Positions 18,333-26,976 are shown, counted from the first letter of the stretch. The stretch: 32,000 nt of DNA from Gemmataceae bacterium (GCA_046719305.1 JBDNDE010000001.1:8607-40606); one strand, 5' to 3'. Notes: a model not told the origin generated them from the sequence alone. Numbers and translations are program-made.

Positions 18333-19931
18333 TTAAGCCAGCTTCACCCCTGGTTGGCCGGCCTCGACTACGAACGACTTGCGGATCTCGACCTTGCCTC
18401 CGGGTTTCAGCACGTCTGTAACCCCCACATAGTCGCTTCGCCAGGTCGTAGCGGTCACCTCGCAACGGACATAGCCGCGCTCCAAGTTGTGGAACTTAAC
18501 GAACGGATTCGTCCGCTGCAACAACGGCAGGTAAAACGGATTGGCCGAACCATTGCCGCCACTGGTGATGCTGGTGCCGACAAACTCGACGGCCACCACG
18601 GGAGTCTCTTGCTTGCGGTCATCGACACGCAATTCGTTGACCCAGTTGGAGTGGATGTCGCCAGTCAGCACCACGGGATTGGGAATCTTCCGCTCAGCGA
18701 TCCAGCGTAGCAACTCCATCCGCTCGAAGGCGTAGCCGGGCCACTGGTCCATGATGTAGCCTGAGCGTGTCACGCCTGGCACGCTCACATTAACCATTGC
18801 CATCATCACTTGTTGTGCTAATACATTCCAAGTAGCCGTCGATTGCAGCAGACCGGCCTGTAGCCAGTTCCGCTGTTGGCGGCCCAGAATGGTATTGGTG
18901 GGGGCCAGGGCGGCGTCATTGAGGTCTTTCAGGCCGTCACCGTTGGGCTGATCGGTGCGATATTGACGGGTGTCCAGAACAAAGAATTCGGCCAGTCGAC
19001 CAAAGCTGGCCTTACGGTACAACAGCATGTCGGGGCCACGCGGTATCGAACGAGCGCGCAGCGGCATCGCTTCGTAATATGCCTGATAGGCATTGGCCCG
19101 CATCTGGAGGAAGGCCACCGGATCGACACCGGCGCGTTCGGAGATGTCGTTGGCGTAGTTGTTCTCGACTTCATGGTCGTCCCAGGTCACAAACCAGGGG
19201 CACTTCGCGTGCATCGCTTGCAACGCCGCATCCCCGCGATACTGGGCGTGACGCACGCGATAATCGGCCAGCGTCTTGAGCTTGGGGCCGACGTGCTTCC
19301 GAACGCCGCCCCGACCGCGACCGGCTCCTTCATAGATGTAATCGCCTAGATGGAAAACAAGGTCGAGGTCATGCTTGGCCATGTCTTCATAAGCAGTGTA
19401 CAGGCCGCTCTCGAAGTGCTGACACGAGGCAAAAGCGAACCGCAACTTCTCCGGGGTGCGATCGGCTGCGGGCAAGGTACGCGTTTGGCCGACTGGGCTG
19501 ACCGCATCACCGACGCGGAAGCGATAGAAGCAGCGGCTGTCGGGTTTTAATCCCTTGACCTCGACATGAACCGAATGGCCCAGAGCGGGGCTGGCCAGGG
19601 TCGTGCCGCTCTTGAGAATCTTCTTGAATGCCTCGTCTTGGGCCAGTTCCCAAGTGACGGCGACGAACTGCGGCTTCATCCCGCCATCAGGATCAAGAGG
19701 CCTAGGAGCCAGTCGAGTCCACAAGACGACGCTGGTGGAATCAGGATCTCCCGAAGCAACGCCTAAGGTGAACGGATCGTTGGCGAGGACCGGCCGGGTC
19801 ACCACAGGACCAGCGGCCCGGCTGGCCCAAGTGGGCAACGCCGCCAAGGTGGCAGTGTAAGCTAGCCAGAGACGACGACTGAGGCCCCCTTCATAGCGAA
19901 TGGCGTCAGCTAGACGATGCAGATCGAGCAT
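18333..19931 (-). CDS. phoD: PhoD-family alkaline phosphatase/phosphodiesterase with twin-arginine (Tat) signal
   Basis: The Tat-like N-terminus is LSRRLWLAYTATLAALPTWASRA. The PhoD N-domain reads FTLGVASGDPDSTSVVLWTRL. Metallophosphatase motifs are FASCQHFESGLYTAYEDMAKHDLDLVFHLGDYIYE, WDDHEVENNYAND and LTGDIHSNWV. Confidence 0.9.
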   Translation of the reverse strand: MLDLHRLADAIRYEGGLSRRLWLAYTATLAALPTWASRAAGPVVTRPVLANDPFTLGVASGDPDSTSVVLWTRLAPRPLDPDGGMKPQFVAVTWELAQDEAFKKILKSGTTLASPALGHSVHVEVKGLKPDSRCFYRFRVGDAVSPVGQTRTLPAADRTPEKLRFAFASCQHFESGLYTAYEDMAKHDLDLVFHLGDYIYEGAGRGRGGVRKHVGPKLKTLADYRVRHAQYRGDAALQAMHAKCPWFVTWDDHEVENNYANDISERAGVDPVAFLQMRANAYQAYYEAMPLRARSIPRGPDMLLYRKASFGRLAEFFVLDTRQYRTDQPNGDGLKDLNDAALAPTNTILGRQQRNWLQAGLLQSTATWNVLAQQVMMAMVNVSVPGVTRSGYIMDQWPGYAFERMELLRWIAERKIPNPVVLTGDIHSNWVNELRVDDRKQETPVVAVEFVGTSITSGGNGSANPFYLPLLQRTNPFVKFHNLERGYVRCEVTATTWRSDYVGVTDVLKPGGKVEIRKSFVVEAGQPGVKLA

Positions 19932-20102
19932 GACAAAGCTCTCGCGGGAAACGAGGAGAGGGCGACACTAGCAGAGTAAGCCGATCGTGCCTGAACGTCT
20001 GAGAAAATTCGATGAATTACCCACGGGGAGTAGGCGATTCGGGCTCCACCATCTGTATGATAGTTTGCAGAATTGTATTACTTCCCATCCCGAGGTGCTC
20101 TT

Positions 20103-20633
20103 ATGTCACGTTTGTTTGCCCTGGCGGGGGTTGGCCTACTGGGGCTCGGCTTGCCTCTGGCCGCTCACGACCTCGGAGCGCAAGCCAAGTTACAAGACGG
20201 CAAGGTGATCCTTGAGGCATACTTTGACGACGACACAGCTGCCAGTGAAGCCAAAGTTCGCGTGATGGACGACAACGGAGCGACGGTCAGTAGTGGCACC
20301 ACCGACGACAAAGGCACCTGGACCTTTGCTGCTCCGCCACCGGGTCGTTATCGCGTGGTGGTCAATGCTGGCGGCGGCCACAAAGCAACAATTCCTCTGA
20401 AGATTCCGAACAGGCCCGGAGAGTCTCGTCTTGTTCCAGAGAAATCCGAAACCGCAGCGTCCCCGCACGCCGAACAAACCATTTCCGCTGGCCCCACCCG
20501 AGAGCAGTTTACGCGATTTCCCTGGGGGCGATTGCTCCTGGGGCTTGCAGTGCTGGTAGGCTTGGCCGGCCTCACCTACTGGTGGCTACGCACACGGCCG
20601 ACAGCTGCCCCGGATCAACCACCAGTGGCTTGA
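20103..20633 (+). CDS. small secreted beta-sandwich (carboxypeptidase-regulatory/transthyretin-like) protein with C-terminal membrane anchor
   Basis: The ATG at 20103 has GAGGTG 5 nt upstream, whereas the track ORF start at 20073 lacks an SD. The signal peptide is MSRLFALAGVGLLGLGLPLAA/HDL. The core reads KVRVMDDNGATVSSGTTDDKGTWTFAAPPPGRYRVVVNAGGGH, which is the typical pattern of this fold. A Pro/Ser-rich linker follows, then a TM helix (LLLGLAVLVGLAGLTYWWL). The function is unknown. Confidence 0.6.
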   Translation: MSRLFALAGVGLLGLGLPLAAHDLGAQAKLQDGKVILEAYFDDDTAASEAKVRVMDDNGATVSSGTTDDKGTWTFAAPPPGRYRVVVNAGGGHKATIPLKIPNRPGESRLVPEKSETAASPHAEQTISAGPTREQFTRFPWGRLLLGLAVLVGLAGLTYWWLRTRPTAAPDQPPVA

Positions 20634-20700
20634 CCCTCTCTGGCAGGGAGTTTAGGATAGTTCAAGGGATGGGGTTGCACCACCAAGCGAGGTAAGCGTC

Positions 20701-21831
20701 ATGCAGGTGATAAATTGGCTCCGGCTTAGCCTGGCAGTGGCTATGGTTTGTCTGGCCGTGCTGACCGCCCCCCCGTCAATCCAGGCCCAGGCTGCCAAGA
20801 AGGGCAAGTCGATCACTGTCCGTACCTTCGATGGTGTAGACCTCTCTGGCACCCACTACCCCAATACCAGCGGCAAACGAGACGCTGTCGCGATCTTGAT
20901 GCACCATTTTGACAAGTCCAAAGGCGGCAGCAGTTCTGCCGAAGGCTGGAGCCAACTTGTCAACGACCTGCTAGCCGATGGCTACACGGTGATTAATTTC
21001 GACTTCCGGGGTTTCGGCGACAGTAAGAACGTCGACAAGGAAAAATTTTGGAAGTATTCGCATAACACAGCAAACATCACCGGGAAACGCGGTGAAACCA
21101 TCGACTACAAAAACTTCCGCCCCAACTACTATCCTTACCTTGTTAATGACCTTGCCGCCATCAAGGCCTATCTGGACCGCCGCAATGATGCGCGGGAACT
21201 AAACAGCGGCAACATTCTCCTCATCGGGGCGGGTGATGCTGCCGCGGTCGGCAATCTGTGGTTGGCTCATGAATCCAAACGCCGCCGCGATAAATCGGGG
21301 GGGGCCATCGGAGCCATGATGGCACTAGGAGAACCCGAGGTAAAGGATGTTGCCGCGGCCATCTGGCTCTCACCGACGAGCAAGATCGGAGCCAAGACCG
21401 TTCCCCTACAGACCCTTCAGAAGTGGGCCGCTGAGGCGGGCAAGGTCAATAAAGTGCCAATGGCTATCGTCTACGGAAGCAAAGATGCCACCAGTTTAGA
21501 CGTTGCCAGCAAACTCTACAACGCGATCAAGGGGGGGGCCAAACCGAAGGAGTTTCCTCACACGGTCCTAGAAAAGATTCCTGATACCAATCAAAAATAT
21601 GCCGATCTGCTCACGCGGGACAATGGAGGGTCCGCCTGGATCGTGAAAAAATACCTCCCCAAAGTGATGGAAGATCGTGGCGCAGTGGAACGCATTGAAC
21701 GTGATATCATCAAGTCGCCCTACTATTATCAACTGACCAAAAACGGCATCCCACAGATTCAGAAAGCACCGGGGTTGGATGTCGCTGAGGTCAACCTCAA
21801 ACTATTCTGGCCGGGTCTCCTCGGTCCCTGA
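20701..21831 (+). CDS. secreted alpha/beta-hydrolase-fold protein with non-canonical nucleophile elbow
   Basis: GAGGT lies 7 nt upstream of the ATG. The signal peptide is LSLAVAMVCLAVLTAPPSIQA/QA. The alpha/beta-hydrolase hallmark YTVINFDFRGFGDS is present. The nucleophile-elbow position reads ILLIGAGDAAAVG instead of G-x-S-x-G. Confidence 0.7.
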   Translation: MQVINWLRLSLAVAMVCLAVLTAPPSIQAQAAKKGKSITVRTFDGVDLSGTHYPNTSGKRDAVAILMHHFDKSKGGSSSAEGWSQLVNDLLADGYTVINFDFRGFGDSKNVDKEKFWKYSHNTANITGKRGETIDYKNFRPNYYPYLVNDLAAIKAYLDRRNDARELNSGNILLIGAGDAAAVGNLWLAHESKRRRDKSGGAIGAMMALGEPEVKDVAAAIWLSPTSKIGAKTVPLQTLQKWAAEAGKVNKVPMAIVYGSKDATSLDVASKLYNAIKGGAKPKEFPHTVLEKIPDTNQKYADLLTRDNGGSAWIVKKYLPKVMEDRGAVERIERDIIKSPYYYQLTKNGIPQIQKAPGLDVAEVNLKLFWPGLLGP

Positions 21832-22767
21832 TTCTTCAGGCGCGGTCGCTCGTCGACTCCCACGTGGGTGAAACTGGCGATGAATGGCCCGCAAGCGTTC
21901 GCGGTCGACATGGGTGTAGCGTTGGGTCGTCCGAATACTCGCGTGCCCGAGCATTTCCTGTACTGTCCGCAGGTCCGCTCCTCCAGAGAGCAGATGCGTC
22001 GCGAAACTATGCCGCAACGCATGGGGGCTAATCTTGCTGGGAAGATTGGCTCGTTTGGCATACTTCTTCACCAGCGACCAGATCACTACCCGTGACAACG
22101 ACTTGCCCGCTCGGCTGACAAACAGCCACGGCGACTCGGGCGCTGTCTTGGTCAGGCTCGGTCGCTGTTTCTCCAAGTAGGCCTGCAAGCTGGCTACGGC
22201 CATCTTGCCCAGCGGTACCACCCGTTGCTTGTTCCCCTTGCCGATGCAGCGGCAAAAGCCGGCGTTGAGTTGCAAGTCATCCAGGCGCAGCCCCGCTACC
22301 TCGGATACCCGACAGCCGGTCGCATACAAGGTTTCCAACACGGCGCGATCTCGCAGATAGAAGCGATCCGCATTTGTGGGCGCTTCCAGCAGTCTGTTCA
22401 CCCCTGCTGGATCGAGCACCTGCGGCACTCGCTCCCAAAGCATCGGCGAGGCTAACAATTCGACAGCTGTTTGAGTGGTACGTTCTTCGAGTTTGAGGAA
22501 GCGGTAAAATACCTTGAGTGCGACTAAATGTCGGGCGACGCTGGGTGGGGCCAGATGCATCTCCTCGCGCAAAAAGGCCACATACTGGGCCAACTCCCGC
22601 AGGGACGGCAATAGGTAGTTCGCTACGTTGCCCTGTTCCACCCAGCCGGCATAGCGTTCCAAATCCCGGCTATAAGCGGCTTGGGTGTTGACGGCCAGAC
22701 CGCGTTCGCAACGCAGGTACTGCCGGAACGCTCTGACATCGTCGCGCAGTTCACTGATACCACTCAT
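21802..22767 (-). CDS. xerD: site-specific tyrosine recombinase, XerD-like
   Basis: The N-terminal SAM-like domain reads FRQYLRCERGLAVNTQAAYSRDLERYAGWV and ARHLVALKVFYRFL. The catalytic domain has ATGCRVSEVAGLRLDDL, HALRHSFATHLL, LGHASIRTTQRYTHV and RLRAIHRQFHPRG. A ~17-aa acidic tail overlaps the convergent hydrolase gene by 30 nt. Confidence 0.8.
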   Translation of the reverse strand: MSGISELRDDVRAFRQYLRCERGLAVNTQAAYSRDLERYAGWVEQGNVANYLLPSLRELAQYVAFLREEMHLAPPSVARHLVALKVFYRFLKLEERTTQTAVELLASPMLWERVPQVLDPAGVNRLLEAPTNADRFYLRDRAVLETLYATGCRVSEVAGLRLDDLQLNAGFCRCIGKGNKQRVVPLGKMAVASLQAYLEKQRPSLTKTAPESPWLFVSRAGKSLSRVVIWSLVKKYAKRANLPSKISPHALRHSFATHLLSGGADLRTVQEMLGHASIRTTQRYTHVDRERLRAIHRQFHPRGSRRATAPEESGTEETRPE

Positions 22768-22800
22768 AGCAAAGGTATCGACCAGTGGGGCGGCAGAGGT

Positions 22801-23466
22801 TTATTCCCTAATCTCGACGTTCTGCACGCCTTCAAGTCGCGACACCGCATCGACCAGCCCTAGGATGGCCGACGGGGAAGCTAACTGAATCTCGTAAGTG
22901 GCATCCAGGGCAGCCCCGCCCCGGGCCGTAGTGATCGCTGCGAGTCGCGCTGCTTTGGCATGCTTGCTCAAAAGCGAGGCAATCTGCTCGGGCGAGAAGC
23001 TGTTGCTGGCCACCCGCACCAGCAGTTGGAGCGAGCGTTGCCGTTCGACCGGCGGCGTGCGAAAACACCACCCCACTAGCAACACCAGCGGCGCGACCAT
23101 CAGCGGCGCTAGTACATAGCCCACCCCAGCCGACATACCGAAGCCAACGGCCAGGATCACGAAGGCGCTCTCGCGAGTGTCTTCGACCACGGTGCGAAAT
23201 CGCACTAGTGACAGTGTGCCCACTAGACTAAAAGCTCGTGCCACGCTGTTGCCGATCACGATCGTGACCAAGGCAATCAAAAGACTCAGCAGCACCATTG
23301 TCGCCAGAAACGGCCAATTCACGCCGCGTTCGCGGCTGTAGGTTGAGAGATGATATAGCAGTGCGGCCAACAATCCCAGAGCGAAGGCAGCGACGAGGCG
23401 CACTGCCAATTCGGGCCAGGAAGTGTCGATATCGGCATGAATACCGTGTGTTAGCCAATCGGGCAT
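22801..23466 (-). CDS. DUF4956-family integral membrane protein
   Basis: The track ORF (325 aa) is over-extended. The ATG at 23466 (MPDWLTHGIH..) overlaps the stop of the upstream VTC gene by 16 nt. About 4 TM helices are present. The family signature as I recall it is IGNSVARAFSLVGTLSLVRFRTVVEDTRESAFVILAVGFGMSAGVG. A C-terminal soluble ~80 aa follows. Confidence 0.8.
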   Translation of the reverse strand: MPDWLTHGIHADIDTSWPELAVRLVAAFALGLLAALLYHLSTYSRERGVNWPFLATMVLLSLLIALVTIVIGNSVARAFSLVGTLSLVRFRTVVEDTRESAFVILAVGFGMSAGVGYVLAPLMVAPLVLLVGWCFRTPPVERQRSLQLLVRVASNSFSPEQIASLLSKHAKAARLAAITTARGGAALDATYEIQLASPSAILGLVDAVSRLEGVQNVEIRE

Positions 23467-24254
23467 TCGCTGATCCCCTCGGCTCGCAGGCACAAGCGGT
23501 ACTTGGAAACACCGCTGGGTAGTTGGCCTGGTAGCGTTGCCAGCAAATCGCGAAATAATCCAGGTAAGAGTCCGGCAAACTTCAGTTCCAGCACAGCGTG
23601 ACCCTGAAGCAAGGGCCGACCAGCGGTCAACGGTGTGAGGTCCCAATCCGTGGCCCGTTCGCCGCGTAAATGACGATCGATGGTCAAGCGGATGCCCGGA
23701 CCGTGAAACGCTGTGCGTGAATAAGCGACTCGAGCCGTTGGCTGGAGTTGTCGTCGCCGCAGGGCGTGAAGAAACCAAGCGAAGGGAAGTTGCTCCGGGA
23801 TGGTATCGGGTTCCCTTTGCAAGAGAGCCAACTGATCCAGGGGCAGAAGCTCGCGACGTTTGCGTACCTGATCGCCCTGTCGGCGTTTGCGCTCGAGGTG
23901 AATCAGATTTCCTGATTCATAACGGCGCAAGCGATATTTGATGCGTCGATGGCCAGGACGGCGATAAAACACGTCCAACGCAGCGGTGTCACAATAAAGC
24001 GAAGTGGTGTGGTAGGTACCGTCTACACCGTGCGGATCAGGCAACAGGTGCTGGCGTGCCCAGGCTTCGACTTGCTGGGCCTCCGGACCTAGCACATATT
24101 TGAGTTCATAGGCCGGTCCCTCTCCACGCTGTTGTAAGGAGGGAGAAAGCGAGATAGGGGGAAGATCATCCACGGCGGGATCTCCAGTAGGAGACAAGCG
24201 AGGCGAGGACTCCAGGCAGGACCAGGTTGGCACCTTCGCCAATCGTTCACACAT
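23451..24254 (-). CDS. VTC-domain protein (polyphosphate-polymerase-like triphosphate-tunnel fold, PF09359-like)
   Basis: Motifs are YELKYVL (the ExK strand of tunnel enzymes), HTTSLYCDTAALDVFY, RRIKYRLRRYESGNLIHLERKRRQGDQVRKRR, RTAFHGPGIRLTIDRHL and AVLELKF. The N-terminal ~50 aa are of uncertain validity. Confidence 0.8.
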   Translation of the reverse strand: MCERLAKVPTWSCLESSPRLSPTGDPAVDDLPPISLSPSLQQRGEGPAYELKYVLGPEAQQVEAWARQHLLPDPHGVDGTYHTTSLYCDTAALDVFYRRPGHRRIKYRLRRYESGNLIHLERKRRQGDQVRKRRELLPLDQLALLQREPDTIPEQLPFAWFLHALRRRQLQPTARVAYSRTAFHGPGIRLTIDRHLRGERATDWDLTPLTAGRPLLQGHAVLELKFAGLLPGLFRDLLATLPGQLPSGVSKYRLCLRAEGISECPIG

Positions 24255-24459
24255 TCTACACTAAATCGACATCAAGAGTACCCCAACCGACGCCGAAGGA
24301 AGGGCCAAAAAATCCTGCCTGAAAATTCCCAAAAAGGCTCAACCGCTAGGCCGCGGCAGCTAGCCCGCGGCACGCGTCAGGAGCCTCGCCCTGTTGACCG
24401 AGCGCTTGGCCCTTGCCACGCCTCTGCGGGCTAGCCTCCAACCACCTTGCGCTTCTTGG

Positions 24460-24483
24460 GCTTTGCGACTAGCTTTGCGACTA
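24460..24483. repeat. perfect 12-bp tandem duplication spanning the sppA stop codon
   Basis: gctttgcgacta occurs at 24460-24471 and again at 24472-24483. On the minus strand this reads ..TTC AAA TAG TCG CAA AGC TAG TCG CAA AGC.., so the stop codon plus 9 nt are duplicated. Confidence 0.8.
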
Positions 24484-26286
24484 TTTGAAGCTCAGCTGAT
24501 ACGGAGCGATGGCCCAGATGTGTTCTTTTTCTTTGTTCAGGAACATCCCGATGCCTCGCACCTTCTCGGTCAGCCTAGGGTTCTCACCCAGCAGCCTTAT
24601 CACTTCCAGGCCAAAACCGCTCAGCAGCGAATCCAACGATGCCTTGGGCTTGGGCAACAGCAGCAACTCTGGCTCCTTGTCTGCCGCTAGGCCGCCGAGC
24701 TTAGCCGCCTCAGCAATAGCCTCTTCGAGCGTGCCCAACTGGTCGATCAGGCCGTTGGCCAACGCTTGCCGTCCGGTCCAGATGCGGCCGCCAGCTAATG
24801 CCTTGAGTTGATCACGGGTCATTTTCTTTCCGGCCAGGTGGCGTCCTTCCAAGGCCTTGTCCAAAAACAGGTCGTAGGTGTCCTCCATCATCGCCTTGAA
24901 AGCAGCCTTTTGAGCGTCGGTGAAGGGTTCATCGCTGAAGATGCCACTGTTGGCCCCGCGTGTAATGACCTCGCTGTCCAGACCTACCTTCTCGTACAAC
25001 CCCTTCAGGGCCAACTTACCACCCACCACGCCAATGCTACCGGTGATGGTGCCCGGTTCGGCGTAGATTTTCTTAGCGGCCATGGCGATATAGTAACCGC
25101 CTGAAGCCGCTACATCGGACATGCTGGCCAGAACAGGCTTTTTGCAGCGTTTGAGTTCCTTCCAGATCAGGTCACTGGCCAGGGCCGAACCGCCGGGACT
25201 ATCGACGCGTAGGACGATGGCTTTGACGGTTTTGTCTTCCTCCGCCTCGCGGATCGCCTTGACCATCGTTTCGGCTCCCATGCTCGCTCCCAAGAGCGGG
25301 TTGTTGCCCCCTTTGCCCGTATTGATCGCCCCTACGGCGTAAATCACGGCTACCTTGTCGGCCTTGGAGGTACTGGTTTTTGTGGGGCCGAAGACCAGCT
25401 TGCGATACAGACCGAAGATATCGAGGTCATCGTCTTTAGGCTTGCCGTAATCGCGTTCGAGTTTGACTTCCGCGACGTTCAATCGCTTCTTCAAGGACTC
25501 GGGAATTTCATCCAAGTAGCCAATCCGGTCAAACAGGTTAGCCTTGAGGGCGGCTTTGGGGCTGTAGGGGCCGGCGTCGATCAGTTTGCGAACCACCGCC
25601 GGTTCGAGTTTTCGTGTCTTGGCAATTACCCCGACGATCTCATTGTCGTAGAAATCGTCGATCATCTCGTTGAGCTGTTTCCGATTGGCATCACTCAGCT
25701 TATCCCGCAGGTAGGGTTCGGCCGCACTTTTGAAATCGCCCATCATGACAAAGTCGGCCTTGATGCCCACCATTTCGAGCAAACGTTTGTAGAAGGTAAC
25801 CTCGGTCCGCAAGCCGGTAAGCATGAGCATGCTTGCTTCGGGAATCACCACTTCGTCGCATGAGAGGGCCAGCAAGTAGTCCTTCATCGCTCCGCCTTCT
25901 ACGAAGCCGATCACCGGCTTGCCGCTGGCCCGCAACTTTTCGATAGCCGATCGTAATTCATGCAGTTTACCCCAGCCGGCGTTTAGGCCGTCGATCTCCA
26001 GCAGGACAGCAGCGACGTTTTTGTCTGCACCGGCTTTTTTGAGACGATCGATACGTGACTTGAAGTTTTCGCCCAGTGAGCCAAGCAACGAGTCAGCCAT
26101 AGGGGCGCTTTCATCCAGCGAGCCGGATAGTTTGATGTGGGCAATAACAGCCGGTTTGGCTTTTTCCTTGGGTTGATCGGCATCAGAGGCCGAGGCCTTG
26201 TCCGAGGTTTGGGCCGGAGCCGACCCCCATCCGGCCAGAGCAAAGAGCAGGGCGAGAAGCAATCGCGACATGGAAAATCCTCGCAA
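24481..26286 (-). CDS. sppA: signal peptide peptidase SppA, 67K type (two tandem S49 domains)
   Basis: The protein is 601 aa. The signal peptide is MSRLLLALLFALAGWGSAPAQT. The first S49-like domain contains VAAVLLEIDG and the second contains VKAIVLRVDSPGGSALASDLIW. The catalytic-serine motif MSDVAASGGYYIAMAA is present. GAGGA lies 7 nt upstream of the ATG. Confidence 0.9.
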   Translation of the reverse strand: MRGFSMSRLLLALLFALAGWGSAPAQTSDKASASDADQPKEKAKPAVIAHIKLSGSLDESAPMADSLLGSLGENFKSRIDRLKKAGADKNVAAVLLEIDGLNAGWGKLHELRSAIEKLRASGKPVIGFVEGGAMKDYLLALSCDEVVIPEASMLMLTGLRTEVTFYKRLLEMVGIKADFVMMGDFKSAAEPYLRDKLSDANRKQLNEMIDDFYDNEIVGVIAKTRKLEPAVVRKLIDAGPYSPKAALKANLFDRIGYLDEIPESLKKRLNVAEVKLERDYGKPKDDDLDIFGLYRKLVFGPTKTSTSKADKVAVIYAVGAINTGKGGNNPLLGASMGAETMVKAIREAEEDKTVKAIVLRVDSPGGSALASDLIWKELKRCKKPVLASMSDVAASGGYYIAMAAKKIYAEPGTITGSIGVVGGKLALKGLYEKVGLDSEVITRGANSGIFSDEPFTDAQKAAFKAMMEDTYDLFLDKALEGRHLAGKKMTRDQLKALAGGRIWTGRQALANGLIDQLGTLEEAIAEAAKLGGLAADKEPELLLLPKPKASLDSLLSGFGLEVIRLLGENPRLTEKVRGIGMFLNKEKEHIWAIAPYQLSFK

Positions 26287-26296
26287 GATGGAGCGT

Positions 26297-26351
26297 GAAA
26301 AACATACAGGCCGTACCTGCTCATCCCACTAGAGAGGAGCTAAGACGGCCT
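26297..26351 (-). terminator. candidate rho-independent terminator after the 141-aa gene
   Basis: On the minus strand the stem is AGGCCGT (26351-26345) paired with ACGGCCT (26314-26308), enclosing an imperfectly paired ~30-nt segment. It is followed by GUAUGUUUUU (A-run 26298-26302 on the plus strand). The loop is long and sppA starts only 11 nt further on, so confidence is moderate. Confidence 0.4.
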
Positions 26352-26389
26352 TTCGACGTATCAACAGCCCGATGTAGGTAAACAGCGGC

Positions 26390-26815
26390 TTAAAGACCGA
26401 CAGCCTTTTTCTCGGCGGTGAACCAGTTGCTGAACCAACCACTGCTGGTCTTGAAGCCAATCTCGTCGATCAGTTCAAGAACCATGCGACGGCACTGGAT
26501 GTCGTTCTTCTTGTTGTTGCACTTGATCTTCAGAAGAGCGACAGCGTCCTTGTACTCTTTCTCGTCGATCTTGCCGTCGTTGCCTGCCGCAACTTCCAGG
26601 GTTTGCTTGATGTCGGCCAGGATGCGGCTTTCCAGGACGTAACCGTTGGCTTCGCAGACTTGGCCGAGGGCAGCGCGAGCCGAATCGACGGTAATGCCGT
26701 GCTGGAGGGCGAGTTGGAGAATTTCGCGTTCTTCGCCCTTGTCGATGTATTTGTCATCGTAGGCGCGGAGCTTGACTTGTTCGACAAACTGTTTCTTGAT
26801 CTCATCCAGGGTCAT
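26390..26815 (-). CDS. conserved-looking small hypothetical protein (141 aa, Lys/Glu-rich, no signal peptide)
   Basis: A strong SD (AAGGAG) lies 6 nt upstream of the ATG. The coding pattern is clean. There are two loosely similar halves (..DDKYIDKGEEREILQLALQHGI.. and ..NDGKIDEKEYKDAVALLKI..). No family was recognised. Confidence 0.75.
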   Translation of the reverse strand: MTLDEIKKQFVEQVKLRAYDDKYIDKGEEREILQLALQHGITVDSARAALGQVCEANGYVLESRILADIKQTLEVAAGNDGKIDEKEYKDAVALLKIKCNNKKNDIQCRRMVLELIDEIGFKTSSGWFSNWFTAEKKAVGL

Positions 26816-26976
26816 CGGTCACTCCTTTATGTGGTACAGAGCCACACACTCGGGGCACATCCCCGACCGTCGGGTCGTGCGTATCAAAGGGAAATTCGTC
26901 GGGTTCGACCCACTATTTTACTGGACAAGCTTTGATTTTATTTTCGCCGCAGTACAGGGGAAAGTCCACAACGGGG

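Noticed and set aside
18171-18710. The 179-aa plus-strand ORF, plus the ORF at 18876-19349.
   Set aside because: Both are antisense to the well-supported PhoD gene and have no recognisable motifs.
21802-22767. The tyrosine recombinase as a marker of an integrated mobile element.
   Set aside because: Its motifs and C-terminus (..LRAIHRQFHPRG) are of the chromosomal XerD type. I saw no flanking direct repeats, tRNA target, phage genes or plasmid genes.
23467-23778. The N-terminal 104 codons of the 325-aa ORF 22801..23778.
   Set aside because: It is an out-of-frame overlap with the 3' part of the VTC-domain gene, with Ser/Arg/Thr-rich composition. The DUF4956 homology and first TM helix start after the internal ATG at 23466.
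26901-26911. The sequence gggttcgaccc, which resembles a tRNA T-arm (GGTTCGA).
   Set aside because: The flanking sequence cannot form an acceptor stem or the D and anticodon arms, and only a 4-bp stem is possible. It is most likely a small hairpin in the 5' leader of the 141-aa gene.
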